From a virus, in IMG/VR virus record IMGVR_UViG_3300017786_000003, positions 1 to 64,000 of that record: 64,000 bases of DNA, one strand, 5' to 3'. Positions 28,495 to 37,861 of this stretch are shown in pieces. A program made the translations under genes and the position numbers. Below the pieces are notes generated by a model that saw nothing but the letters and a program-made list of their open reading frames with translations, did not search any database and had not been told where the DNA came from. Each line of letters starts with the position of its first letter. Position 1 is the first letter of the stretch.

Positions 28495-29591
28495 ATAGTA
28501 GAGATATAGTCCAAGCAGATGCATTAGCAATAGCAATGCAACATAAAAGATGTGGTCTAGGGATATCAATGGGTGTTGGTAAAACTAGAATTGCAATTAA
28601 TCATTTATTAAAGAATTTTAATCCATTTATAAATGTTTTAGTAGTAATACCAAAAACCTCAGTAATGAAGTCTTGGTATGATGAATTAGATAATATGAAT
28701 AACAATACCTTAGAAGATCATATTACATTTACTACTTATTTATCACTCAAGAAACATAATCCAAATGATTATGATATAGTTTATCTAGATGAGTGTCACT
28801 CTATATTACCAGGCCATGAAGTATTCTTATCACAGTTTCAAGGTAAGATATTAGGACTAACAGGTACACCACCAAGAAATAAGCAGTCAGATAAGGGTAA
28901 ATTAGTACAGAAGTACTGTCCTATTAGATATAGTTTTGATGTAGACAAAGCTACTGATTCAAAAATATTAAATGATTACAAGATAATTGTACATCAATTA
29001 GAACTGTCCAAGTTACCAGCACTTAAAAAGAAAAATAAGAATGGTGGACATTGGTGGACATCAGAATATAAAGATTATAACTATGTAACATCTAGATTAG
29101 CAGATGCTCAAACTCAAAAGCAAATTCAGTTTGCAAGGATAATGAGAATGAGAGCTTTGATGGATTATACAAGTAAAGAGAGCTATGTAAAGAGTATGAT
29201 TAAAAACATTGATAGTAAATGTATTGTCTTTGCTAATACTCAAGCACAAGCAGACAGAATATGTAAACATAGTTATCATTCAAAGAATCCAAAGTCAGAG
29301 GATAATTTAGAATTGTTCTCTGATGGCAGGATAAGTAAACTATCATGTGTATTACAATTGAGTGAAGGAGTATCAATACCTAATTTAAAGCAAGGTGTTA
29401 TAATGCATGCGTATGGCAATGAAAAAAAGACTGCTCAAAGGATAGGTAGATTACTAAGACTTAATCCTACTGAGACAGCAACTTGTCATATACTGTGTTA
29501 CAAAGGTACACAAGATGAAAGATGGGTGGAATCAGCATTAAAGTCGTTTGATGAGAATAAAATTAAATTATATAATCCTTTAAATAAATAG
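28491..29591 (+). CDS. Superfamily II DNA/RNA helicase
   Basis: MGVGKT, DECH, LTGTP, EGVSIP, QRIGRLLR. Confidence 0.9.
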   Translation: MNSRDIVQADALAIAMQHKRCGLGISMGVGKTRIAINHLLKNFNPFINVLVVIPKTSVMKSWYDELDNMNNNTLEDHITFTTYLSLKKHNPNDYDIVYLDECHSILPGHEVFLSQFQGKILGLTGTPPRNKQSDKGKLVQKYCPIRYSFDVDKATDSKILNDYKIIVHQLELSKLPALKKKNKNGGHWWTSEYKDYNYVTSRLADAQTQKQIQFARIMRMRALMDYTSKESYVKSMIKNIDSKCIVFANTQAQADRICKHSYHSKNPKSEDNLELFSDGRISKLSCVLQLSEGVSIPNLKQGVIMHAYGNEKKTAQRIGRLLRLNPTETATCHILCYKGTQDERWVESALKSFDENKIKLYNPLNK

Positions 29592-29593
29592 AT

Positions 29594-29908
29594 ATGGGAA
29601 GAATGAAAGAAATATTTATGGCCCAGATGGAAGAGAAGTACCAAGGTAGCCATGATGCATATATACAAGACATGGCACGTGTTAGCGTGGAAGAGTGGAT
29701 CAGTGATGATGAACGTAGTAAACGTGACCCTAATAAATTTAGAAAGCCAAGTTATAATGATATAGAAGTTGGTATAAAATATGTGTGTCCTAATTGTTTT
29801 GCACATTCAAGGCTACATAGCACAATAAATAATGAGACAGAAGTGGAATGTCTAGATTGTGGCCAAGAGTTTGTTATTGTAGATAAAAATACTCTAAGAT
29901 TTAAGTAA
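29594..29908 (+). CDS. Zinc-ribbon protein
   Basis: CPNC...CLDCGQEF. Confidence 0.65.
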   Translation: MGRMKEIFMAQMEEKYQGSHDAYIQDMARVSVEEWISDDERSKRDPNKFRKPSYNDIEVGIKYVCPNCFAHSRLHSTINNETEVECLDCGQEFVIVDKNTLRFK

Positions 29909-30168
29909 TGGAGTATACATATGATCATAATGGTAAAGTACTTGATATGGAATATGACTATACCAAAGGAGAAAGGGCTATTGACTACTACGCAGATGGT
30001 AGTGGTTATCCCGGATCACCATCATTAGTAACAATAACTAACGTATGGGTTGCATTGAAAGATAGAAGAGGACACCTTGTACATGTAGATGTGAAAGATT
30101 TAATTGAAGAAGAGTACTTGGACTTAGAACTTGTAGAAGAAGAGATACTAGAATCAATAGAAGAATAA
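29908..30168 (+). CDS. Hypothetical protein
   Basis: 86 aa with a DGSGYPGSP motif. Confidence 0.65.
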   Translation: MEYTYDHNGKVLDMEYDYTKGERAIDYYADGSGYPGSPSLVTITNVWVALKDRRGHLVHVDVKDLIEEEYLDLELVEEEILESIEE

Positions 30169-30176
30169 CAGGTTAT

Positions 30177-30235
30177 TACGGACTGGGTATAAAGGCAATT
30201 TTGCCAGAACAGTTAATACTATTACTCAGTCCGTA
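30177..30235 (+). other. Structured intergenic element (13-bp closing stem with inner GGCAA/TTGCC hairpin)
   Basis: TACGGACTGGGTA pairs with TACTCAGTCCGTA. Confidence 0.5.
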
Positions 30236-30252
30236 GTACACTACAATAAAAT

Positions 30253-30603
30253 ATGAAAACAATACTAACAATACTAATAGGTTTAAAAATTTCAGTTACA
30301 GCCACTATATATCATGCAGTTCCTGGTCAGACAGACAGCACACCATTTATTACAGCATCTAATAAAGTTATAGATAAAGATAATCCTGGTGGACATAGAT
30401 GGATAGCAGTATCTAGAGACTTAGAAGCTTTGGGTTATACATTTGGTACACGTGTATGTGTAGAGAATGCAGGTCCAATGGATGGCTATTGGATAGTACA
30501 AGATAGAATGAATAAAAGATGGACACACAGAATAGATTTTTTAGTTAATGAATCTATGAAAGGTGGTAAGTGGGATAACGTAACAATATATTTAGATAAA
30601 TAA
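30253..30603 (+). CDS. 3D-domain (MltA/RlpA-like double-psi barrel) cell-wall protein
   Basis: VTATIY....QTDSTPFITAS, IAVSRDL, FGTRV, VQDRMN.R....IDFL. Confidence 0.8.
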   Translation: MKTILTILIGLKISVTATIYHAVPGQTDSTPFITASNKVIDKDNPGGHRWIAVSRDLEALGYTFGTRVCVENAGPMDGYWIVQDRMNKRWTHRIDFLVNESMKGGKWDNVTIYLDK

Positions 30604-30605
30604 TT

Positions 30606-30791
30606 ATGAAACATTTTGCAAATAACGGTAAAGAATATCTTAAGAAACCAGAAATGACAGAAGAAGATATTAAGTATAGACAAGGTAGATCCAGACACAG
30701 AGTAGAAGCAACAGAGAAATTTGCTGCTTGGACTGTAATGATTTGTATAATCCTAATGGGAATATTAATAATGTTAAGTCAACTTGTATGA
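30606..30791 (+). CDS. Small protein with C-terminal TM helix
   Basis: 61 aa; YRQGR motif then hydrophobic tail. Confidence 0.55.
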   Translation: MKHFANNGKEYLKKPEMTEEDIKYRQGRSRHRVEATEKFAAWTVMICIILMGILIMLSQLV

Positions 30792-31171
30792 AGGATCAAT
30801 TGTTTGTAGAAGCACGTGTAAAAGATGGGGAATTACATTTCCCTATAAAAGCATATGAAATTAAATTTAAAAACTTTTTAAAAGATCAGCCTGAGAGTGT
30901 AAGGTTGGATATATTTATTGGTGTCAATGATGGTAAAGGTAGTAACCCGCAGCTAGCAAGGATACATGCTATGATTAGAGAGATAGCAAATGAAATAGGT
31001 CATACATTTGAAGAGGTTAAACTACAAGTCAAGCGTAGAGCGGGTTTATGTTTTATGAGAAACAATGTAGAATACTGTAAGTCCTTTGCTAAATGTGATA
31101 AAGAAGAACTAAACTTGGCTATACAAGCTGCTATGGAAATAGGAGATTTTGGTGGTATGCAGTTAAGATGA
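30788..31171 (+). CDS. NinB/Orf-like recombination protein
   Basis: SNPQLARIHAMIREIANEIGHTFEEVK...KSFAKCDKEEL; ATG at 30788 preferred over the track start. Confidence 0.55.
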   Translation: MKDQLFVEARVKDGELHFPIKAYEIKFKNFLKDQPESVRLDIFIGVNDGKGSNPQLARIHAMIREIANEIGHTFEEVKLQVKRRAGLCFMRNNVEYCKSFAKCDKEELNLAIQAAMEIGDFGGMQLR

Positions 31172-31303
31172 TAAGAAAACAGCATAAGCTTTATGCTTTG
31201 CTTTAGGATTAATTAATCTCTTTTCTAATACAGCAGGTTCTTTAATAGCATCTTTAGGTAAGTACTTAGGATTTTTACTATTAAGTTTTCTTTTTTTAGG
31301 CAT
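31163..31303 (-). CDS. Small basic protein (46 aa)
   Basis: Not in track: MPKKRKLNSKNPKYLPKDAIKEPAVLEKRLINPKAKHKAYAVFLSS; ATG overlaps the stop of the 31303 gene. Confidence 0.5.
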   Translation of the reverse strand: MPKKRKLNSKNPKYLPKDAIKEPAVLEKRLINPKAKHKAYAVFLSS

Positions 31304-31749
31304 TACTTTACAACTTTTAATTTAGATTGAAGATCCTTGAACTTCTCAGTTATATCTTCTCCTCTCTTCATCATCTCAGCAACCTCTCTAAGTTCATCTT
31401 TAGTTGCAGAAGTTTCAGTCTTCTGTTCAAGACCTTGTTTCTGTGCTTTATATTTTAGCTCTTGTAGTAGAGAAAACAAAGTGTATATTCTTGACTCAAA
31501 TTGATCAAGCTTAGGAAGATTTTTTATATCATCCTCAGATACATCTTCACCATTATTTTTTCTGGTTGCAACATCAACTATCTTTTCAAATTTTTTAAAG
31601 GTGTATGCAATATTATCTGCATAGTCACTTTCTAAAATATCATTTGTAATAATATTTTGGAGTGAAGTAATGTAAACAGTAGAACACTCAATATTTTTAA
31701 TAACCTTTGAGTGATCATAAGTAGAATAAGTTTGTAAAGATTCAGACAT
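31303..31749 (-). CDS. Hypothetical protein (inverted relative to the block)
   Basis: ATG at 31749 with a TATATTTG -7 box at 31768-31775. Confidence 0.65.
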   Translation of the reverse strand: MSESLQTYSTYDHSKVIKNIECSTVYITSLQNIITNDILESDYADNIAYTFKKFEKIVDVATRKNNGEDVSEDDIKNLPKLDQFESRIYTLFSLLQELKYKAQKQGLEQKTETSATKDELREVAEMMKRGEDITEKFKDLQSKLKVVK

Positions 31750-31784
31750 ATTAATTAATTTAGAATACAAATATAATATAATTT

Positions 31785-32504
31785 ATGGAAAAAGTTCAAG
31801 TAGACATAATAAATCTTAGAGAAAATTTAAATAAAAAATTAATAGAAAGCGGTTGGGATACAATGTTATCTCCATATATAAATGGTCTTAGCTTTGATCA
31901 TATAGTAAATGAGCTTGTAAATAATGTAAATGCAGGTAGAAGATTTACACCAAAGTTCAAAGACATATTCAATGCATTCTATGAGTGTCCATATGATAAA
32001 GTAAAAGTTGTAATGGTAGGCCAAGATCCATACCCACAGTTAGGAGTTGCGGATGGTATAGCATTTAGCTGTAGTAAAAAAGGTAAAGCAGAAAAGTCTT
32101 TACAATATATACTAAAGCAAACTATTGGTAATTACACTGACACAGGTAGAGTTATGTATACACCAGAAGAATGTGATCTAAGACGTTGGGCTAACCAGGG
32201 TGTATTATTAATTAATACAGCATTTACATGTGAAGTAAACAAAATAGGATCTCATTATGCAATATGGAAATCATTTACTGAATACCTATTTGATAATCTA
32301 AATAGACATAACCAAGATCTAATATTTGTATTACTTGGTAAGAAAGCAGAAGCATGGTCTCCGTGGTTGGATAACGTTAGAAAGATTTATGTAAGTCACC
32401 CAGCATCAGCTGCATATAGAGGTGGTGAATGGGACTGTAAGGATGTATTTAATTTAGTAAATGAAAAGCTAGAATACCTTGAAAAAGATAGGATAGAATG
32501 GTAG
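31785..32504 (+). CDS. ung: Uracil-DNA glycosylase (family 1)
   Basis: VKVVMVGQDPYP, ADGIAFS, WANQGVLLIN, SHPAS. Confidence 0.92.
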   Translation: MEKVQVDIINLRENLNKKLIESGWDTMLSPYINGLSFDHIVNELVNNVNAGRRFTPKFKDIFNAFYECPYDKVKVVMVGQDPYPQLGVADGIAFSCSKKGKAEKSLQYILKQTIGNYTDTGRVMYTPEECDLRRWANQGVLLINTAFTCEVNKIGSHYAIWKSFTEYLFDNLNRHNQDLIFVLLGKKAEAWSPWLDNVRKIYVSHPASAAYRGGEWDCKDVFNLVNEKLEYLEKDRIEW

Positions 32505-32541
32505 AATTTTGTATCTTTATAACCTTTAAAACCAAGCACAT

Positions 32542-33132
32542 ATGTGGGAACTATTCCAAAAGATATTAGCTCAAAAGCTAACACCCAATCAAGCACTTAT
32601 ACTATTTTCAATGAAACAAAAAGTTGGCTTAGCGTCAATAGAAGAGTCAGATAAAAAAGCTCTTGTTGATTTAGGTTTGATAGTAAAAGAGAATGGTACA
32701 TATACAATGTCTCCAGAAGCAAGAATGTTCTGTATTAGACTAGATAATTATTTTATAAAGGCCAAAAAGAAAACAGATATCCAACTAATGGGTAAGAACT
32801 TTGTTGACAAGATTAATTCATATAGAGAAATATTCCCTGCTAAAAGATTACCAAGCGGTAATCCTGCACGTAATAACGTAAAAGCATTGGGAGAAAACTT
32901 TAGATGGTTCTTTGAAACTTATGATTACACATGGGATGATGTTATGAAGGCTACTAAAATGTATGTTAATGAGTATAGAGATGCTGACTATTTGTATATG
33001 CAAACAAGTCAATACTTTATATCAAAGCAAGACAAGCACAAAGTAAAGCATTCAAGACTTGCTGACTACTGTGATTTAATAATAGAAGGGATCAATACAG
33101 AAGATGATCACTTTAAAGAAAAAGTTGTATGA
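32542..33132 (+). CDS. Putative replication initiator / helicase loader
   Basis: N-terminal wHTH-like region and YREIFP...ATKMYVNE; directly upstream of DnaB. Confidence 0.45.
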   Translation: MWELFQKILAQKLTPNQALILFSMKQKVGLASIEESDKKALVDLGLIVKENGTYTMSPEARMFCIRLDNYFIKAKKKTDIQLMGKNFVDKINSYREIFPAKRLPSGNPARNNVKALGENFRWFFETYDYTWDDVMKATKMYVNEYRDADYLYMQTSQYFISKQDKHKVKHSRLADYCDLIIEGINTEDDHFKEKVV

Positions 33133-34082
33133 AAAAGAAAGAATCTTGGGTTGGACAATATGCTGCTTTTAATGAAGCACTTAAATATATGTACGCTAGA
33201 TCTACCGGTGAGGAAAAATCTATATATACTCCATGGCCTAAGTTCAATGATGCAGCTACTGATGGTATAGAGTGGAACACACTCACTGTAATTGGTGGAA
33301 GACCTGGTTCAGGTAAGACATTAATTAAAGACCAGATCATTAGAGAATCGTTTGCCCTTAATCCAAATGATAAGTTTAGAGTATTAGAGTTTCAGTTTGA
33401 GATGGTAGGTAGAACATCTGCTATTAGAGAATTTAGTTCTATTACTGGTAAAACTTATAAAGAGTTATGTAGTGCTGGGTCTACTCTAAGTACAGATACA
33501 CTGAACACGTGTCATCAGTATGCTAAAGAAAGAGTAAAGCATCCAGTAGATATAATTAGTACACCTATGACTGTTAATCAGATGCGTGATCAGATAGATC
33601 AGTATATGAATAAACATAAAGGTATTAATACAATGATAACACTTGACCATACAATGTTAGTCAAGAGAGCACCATATCAGAATAGCACATTAGATATGCT
33701 ATTTGAATTAGGTGAATTCTTTACACAATGTAAAAGAGATTATCCTTGTTTATTTATTGCCTTGTCACAACTTAATAGAAACATAGATAACCCGGATAGG
33801 GCTATAGATGGTAAGTACGGTAACTATATACTTGAGTCAGACATATTTGGATCAGATGCAATGCTTCAACATGCAGATATGTTAATAGGTATTAATAGAC
33901 CCGCTAAACAAAAGATTAGGTTCTATGGACCTGATAGATATATAATAGAGAATGATAGAACATTAGTATTACACTTCTTAAAAGCAAGAAACGGTGATGC
34001 AAGAATGAGTTTCTTTAGAGCAAAGTTTGAACAGATGCAGATAGAAGAAATGGCCACACCAGGTCAACAAGAACGTAGATAA
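33129..34082 (+). CDS. dnaB: Replicative helicase (DnaB-like, SF4)
   Basis: GGRPGSGKT, FQFEM, LDH, LSQLNR, GSDAMLQHAD, KARNG. Confidence 0.9.
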   Translation: MKKKESWVGQYAAFNEALKYMYARSTGEEKSIYTPWPKFNDAATDGIEWNTLTVIGGRPGSGKTLIKDQIIRESFALNPNDKFRVLEFQFEMVGRTSAIREFSSITGKTYKELCSAGSTLSTDTLNTCHQYAKERVKHPVDIISTPMTVNQMRDQIDQYMNKHKGINTMITLDHTMLVKRAPYQNSTLDMLFELGEFFTQCKRDYPCLFIALSQLNRNIDNPDRAIDGKYGNYILESDIFGSDAMLQHADMLIGINRPAKQKIRFYGPDRYIIENDRTLVLHFLKARNGDARMSFFRAKFEQMQIEEMATPGQQERR

Positions 34083-34083
34083 C

Positions 34084-34112
34084 CTGCACACCCAACCACT
34101 GCTCCCCAACTA
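34084..34112 (+). repeat. TGCTCCCCAACTA motif, copy 4, preceded by a degenerate tandem copy
   Basis: CTGCACACCCAACCA then CTGCTCCCCAACTA (exact 13-mer at 34100-34112). Confidence 0.75.
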
Positions 34113-34135
34113 TCATACGCACCATTTAAAATAAA

Positions 34136-34699
34136 ATGAATACTAAAAATATAAAAAATAAGAACATGGGATTAACACCTGCAGAACGCAAAGCAAAAGT
34201 CCTCAAATTAAGAGAAGAGCATGAAGATTACTTTCAGACAGAAGGTAAGATAAATGCACTATACATACCAAAGATGGCATACCGTCCATCAGGTAAAGAT
34301 GAATTATATGTTTCATTCTTTCCAAGTGAATTGGAAAAGGATAAAGATATATACACTGAGTTTGTAAGTATAGACTATGACTCAGAAGATCCTAAAAGAA
34401 CATTGTATTTACATAAGTATAATCCGCATTGGAAAGATGAGTATGAACTTATAACTTCAAGCTCAGGATTTCAAAGACATTTGATTCCAGTAAGTGAGCT
34501 CAAAGTAATTAATGATGTTACAGCTAGAACTAATGCAGATGGTCTTAAGATAATAGGTAAGGCTACAAAAATTGACTGGTCTAATCCTGATATCCCTAAT
34601 CCAGATGCAAAAGTTGTGGATCCTTTGATAGAAAAGCTAGAAGAAATAAACCAAACATTGATAACGTTAACTAAAGTAATAAATAAATTAATTAAATAA
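34136..34699 (+). CDS. Hypothetical protein
   Basis: 187-aa ORF (start may be 34166). Confidence 0.65.
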   Translation: MNTKNIKNKNMGLTPAERKAKVLKLREEHEDYFQTEGKINALYIPKMAYRPSGKDELYVSFFPSELEKDKDIYTEFVSIDYDSEDPKRTLYLHKYNPHWKDEYELITSSSGFQRHLIPVSELKVINDVTARTNADGLKIIGKATKIDWSNPDIPNPDAKVVDPLIEKLEEINQTLITLTKVINKLIK

Positions 34700-34701
34700 A
34701 T

Positions 34702-35385
34702 ATGGCACAAAGCGTATTAGTAATTGCAGATTCAGGTACAGGAAAGTCAACCTCAATCAGAACATTAGATCCTAAAGAGACTTTCATTATAAATATTGCA
34801 AACAAACCTTTACCATTCAAAGGCTATAAGAGTAAGTATATTCAAATTAGCAAAGAGAATCCAAAAGGTAACATTACTTCAGCTGCATCAGCTGCAGGTA
34901 TAATTAAAGCAATGAAGCATGTTGATGAAAAGATGCCACATATCAAAACATTAGTTATAGATGACTGGCAGTACATGAGTTCATTTGAATACTTTGAAAG
35001 AGCAAATGAAAAAGGTTATGATAAATTCACTCAAATAGCAGCAAACTTAGCTATGGTAGCAAAGATGCCTAAAGATATGAGAGATGATTTAACTATTATA
35101 TTCTTAACTCACTCAGAAGATTCAACAGATATAAACGGTAATAGAAAAGTTAAAGCTAAAACTATTGGTAAAATGATAGATAATACATTAACTTTGGAAG
35201 GCTTATTTTCTATTGTACTATTTGGTAAAGTAAATAAAAATGATGATGGTGGACTTGTATATGGTTTTGAAACTCAAAACAATGGAGAGAACACATGTAA
35301 ATCACCAATGGGTATGTTTGAGGATTTATTTATCCCTAATGACCTGAAGTATGTAAAAGAGTGCATACAGAAATATGAAGAATAA
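34702..35385 (+). CDS. AAA_24 / Sak4-like ATPase (single-strand annealing)
   Basis: ADSGTGKSTS, KPLPFKG, LVIDDWQY, KTIGKMID, TCKSPMGMF. Confidence 0.8.
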   Translation: MAQSVLVIADSGTGKSTSIRTLDPKETFIINIANKPLPFKGYKSKYIQISKENPKGNITSAASAAGIIKAMKHVDEKMPHIKTLVIDDWQYMSSFEYFERANEKGYDKFTQIAANLAMVAKMPKDMRDDLTIIFLTHSEDSTDINGNRKVKAKTIGKMIDNTLTLEGLFSIVLFGKVNKNDDGGLVYGFETQNNGENTCKSPMGMFEDLFIPNDLKYVKECIQKYEE

Positions 35386-35412
35386 TAAATTAATTAAAAA
35401 AAAAGAAAAATT

Positions 35413-36084
35413 ATGTTAAGTACTAAAGACATGTCTGCAGGTTCAGGCAACGTAAAACCAGTTATTGGTGTAGGTAATCAAAAAGTAAAAATTAATTCTA
35501 TAACATTTGATGTAACACCATATGATGCAGATGCATACAATATTGTTTTACATGTAGAGAGTGAGCCAGTACAGGGTGAGTTCAATGGTTTCTTAAAAGA
35601 TATGAATAATCCTAATGGACCACGTTATGAAGGTCAAGTAGGTAGAGTTAGATTTTCACCATATCCATATAAAGATGCAACGTTACCAAGCGGTAGAGAA
35701 ATAAATAGAGATACAGAAGTACTAAAAAGTATGGTATATCTAAGTGAAGTTCTTAATAAAAGAGAAGAGCTTGACAAGATAGAAGCTAATACTATTGAGG
35801 TATTTATGATTGAGTGTAACAAATTATTCTCAAACAGTGAGTACTTTAACGCATGTATTGGTGGGCGTGAATGGGAAAATAAAGAAGGTTATGTAAACTA
35901 TGATTTATTCTTACCAAGAATGAGCAAAGATGGCATTCCATTAGAAGAATTGAATAAAGAAAATTCAAGACTTTTAACGTTTGATGCTAATAATACTAAT
36001 CACTTAAGAAAATTACAGAAAGAAAACACACCAGCACAAAACTTTGAGCCAGTAGGAGCAAAGGGTGATGATTTTGATCTATAA
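35413..36084 (+). CDS. Single-stranded DNA-binding protein (putative)
   Basis: Follows the Sak4-like gene; acidic-aromatic tail GDDFDL. Confidence 0.55.
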   Translation: MLSTKDMSAGSGNVKPVIGVGNQKVKINSITFDVTPYDADAYNIVLHVESEPVQGEFNGFLKDMNNPNGPRYEGQVGRVRFSPYPYKDATLPSGREINRDTEVLKSMVYLSEVLNKREELDKIEANTIEVFMIECNKLFSNSEYFNACIGGREWENKEGYVNYDLFLPRMSKDGIPLEELNKENSRLLTFDANNTNHLRKLQKENTPAQNFEPVGAKGDDFDL

Positions 36085-36105
36085 TTTGTTTTTGTTTGTA
36101 ATGAT

Positions 36106-36138
36106 AGGAGGGGGTTTACTAAGGATTTTCTCCCTCCT
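36106..36138 (+). terminator. Hairpin / putative terminator
   Basis: AGGAGGGGG / CTCCCTCCT stem. Confidence 0.4.
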
Positions 36139-36217
36139 TGATTTACTTTAATACTATAAATATGGAAGAAAATGAACCAGACTTTGAATGGATGTGGGAA
36201 GTTGATAATGCTAGATA

Positions 36218-37195
36218 ATGTTTAATACAAAAGGTTTAGTCAGAGAAGGATCAGATGTACCAAGCTATTGGGTGTTTCAGCATTATTTAAATCTATCAGA
36301 ACCCTTAACAGGCCAGGATATAAAGATTAAATCAATCTTTAATCCTAATGAGAGAACAGCAAGTTTTTGCATTTATGTAGATAAATCACTTATGCAATAT
36401 AAATTTAAAGATTTCTCAACTGGTAAGATGGGTAATAAAGCTGACCTAGTTATGTTTATGTTTGATGTATCATATACTGATGCAATGAATAAAATAGTTA
36501 GTGACTATAATGTATACATTAAGTCTCCTGATTATAAAGAACAGCAGTTTGAACCTGTAGCTAAATGGACAATAGATTATATAAAACATAGAGGTTGGAC
36601 TATAGAAGATAGAAAATTTTGGTTGGGATTTGGTATTGGTAAAACAATATTAGATAACTATAATGTAAAGCCAATTGACTATTATACTATGGTTAAACAA
36701 GAAGGATCTCAGTATAGAAGTTTACAAGTAGGAAGCAAATGGTGTTATGGATACTTTGATAAGAACGGGGAGGTATATAAAATATATCAACCACGTAGTA
36801 AAAAACATAAGTTTCATAAAGTTAAAAGCTACCTGCAGGGTATAGATCAGCTTAAGTATAATAAGCCGTATCTTGTTATATGTTCTTCACTTAAAGATGC
36901 TATGTCTTTAAAGGGTATAGGGTATAATATAGAAGTGTTAGCACCAGATAGTGAAAACACTATGATTAAACCACATATAATAACAATATTAAAGAAGAAG
37001 TATAAAAAAATAATAACACTCTTTGATAATGATGACGCAGGCAGAAATGCAATTAATAAATATAAAGAAGTTTATAAGATTGATGGGTTATCATTACCAG
37101 TATGTAAAGATATTTCAGATGCAATAAATACTCATGGTGTTAATCATGTGCATAAAGTTCTGAAGCCTTTACTTAAAGAGATACTAAATAAATAA
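36218..37195 (+). CDS. DNA primase (crAss-type DnaG/TOPRIM)
   Basis: FKDFSTG, YKIYQP, VICSSLKDAM, LFDNDDAG, KDISD. Confidence 0.85.
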   Translation: MFNTKGLVREGSDVPSYWVFQHYLNLSEPLTGQDIKIKSIFNPNERTASFCIYVDKSLMQYKFKDFSTGKMGNKADLVMFMFDVSYTDAMNKIVSDYNVYIKSPDYKEQQFEPVAKWTIDYIKHRGWTIEDRKFWLGFGIGKTILDNYNVKPIDYYTMVKQEGSQYRSLQVGSKWCYGYFDKNGEVYKIYQPRSKKHKFHKVKSYLQGIDQLKYNKPYLVICSSLKDAMSLKGIGYNIEVLAPDSENTMIKPHIITILKKKYKKIITLFDNDDAGRNAINKYKEVYKIDGLSLPVCKDISDAINTHGVNHVHKVLKPLLKEILNK

Positions 37196-37197
37196 AT

Positions 37198-37629
37198 ATG
37201 AAATGGTTTATACCAGGATCTGTACCAAGTAGTAAAAATGGTAGAAGATGGACAGGAAAATACTTTATTGCTAGCAAAGCTGTAGTTAACTATAGAAAGA
37301 TAGCAAAGAAGTATTATGCTGAATATGCTGATGAATTTAAGAAAGAATTAGCAAAAAAAACATTACCTGTTCATATATCTTTTGAGTTTATTAGGGGGAC
37401 ACGTCATAAATTTGACTATATTAATCCTGCACAGACTGTGCAAGATGATATGGTTAAGGCCGGATGGATAGAAGATGATAACGCTGAATTTATAATTCCA
37501 GTGTTCCAGAAATATACCTATAATAAATCTAATCCGGGAGTATGGATTGAAATACTAGAAGATGACAATAATCACAGCCCAAGAACTATTACGGATAATA
37601 CAAATGATAAAGAGTCAGGACAAGGATGA
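37198..37629 (+). CDS. RusA-like Holliday junction resolvase
   Basis: PSSKN, FDYIN...VQDDMV..GWIEDDN, PGVWIEI. Confidence 0.75.
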   Translation: MKWFIPGSVPSSKNGRRWTGKYFIASKAVVNYRKIAKKYYAEYADEFKKELAKKTLPVHISFEFIRGTRHKFDYINPAQTVQDDMVKAGWIEDDNAEFIIPVFQKYTYNKSNPGVWIEILEDDNNHSPRTITDNTNDKESGQG

Positions 37630-37861
37630 TGTTGTTCTAGGACTTGAACTATATAAAAACATAGATATTGCAGATAGAAATATTATCAATAGATTAATTG
37701 CTAAAGCATTGCTCTTTGATAATAGAAAACTATTCTACAAATCCATTGGTGTATCATACCCGTGGAAAGAATTATTATCTGATCATATAATTAAACTAAT
37801 AGATGATAATGTAACAGCTGCAAATCTGTATAAAAGTTACGTAAAATTAATATACAAATGA
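37562..37861 (+). CDS. Small helical protein related to the C-domains of 40303 and 41339
   Basis: ELLRIIQMIKSQDKDDVVLGLE motif. Confidence 0.55.
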   Translation: MTIITAQELLRIIQMIKSQDKDDVVLGLELYKNIDIADRNIINRLIAKALLFDNRKLFYKSIGVSYPWKELLSDHIIKLIDDNVTAANLYKSYVKLIYK

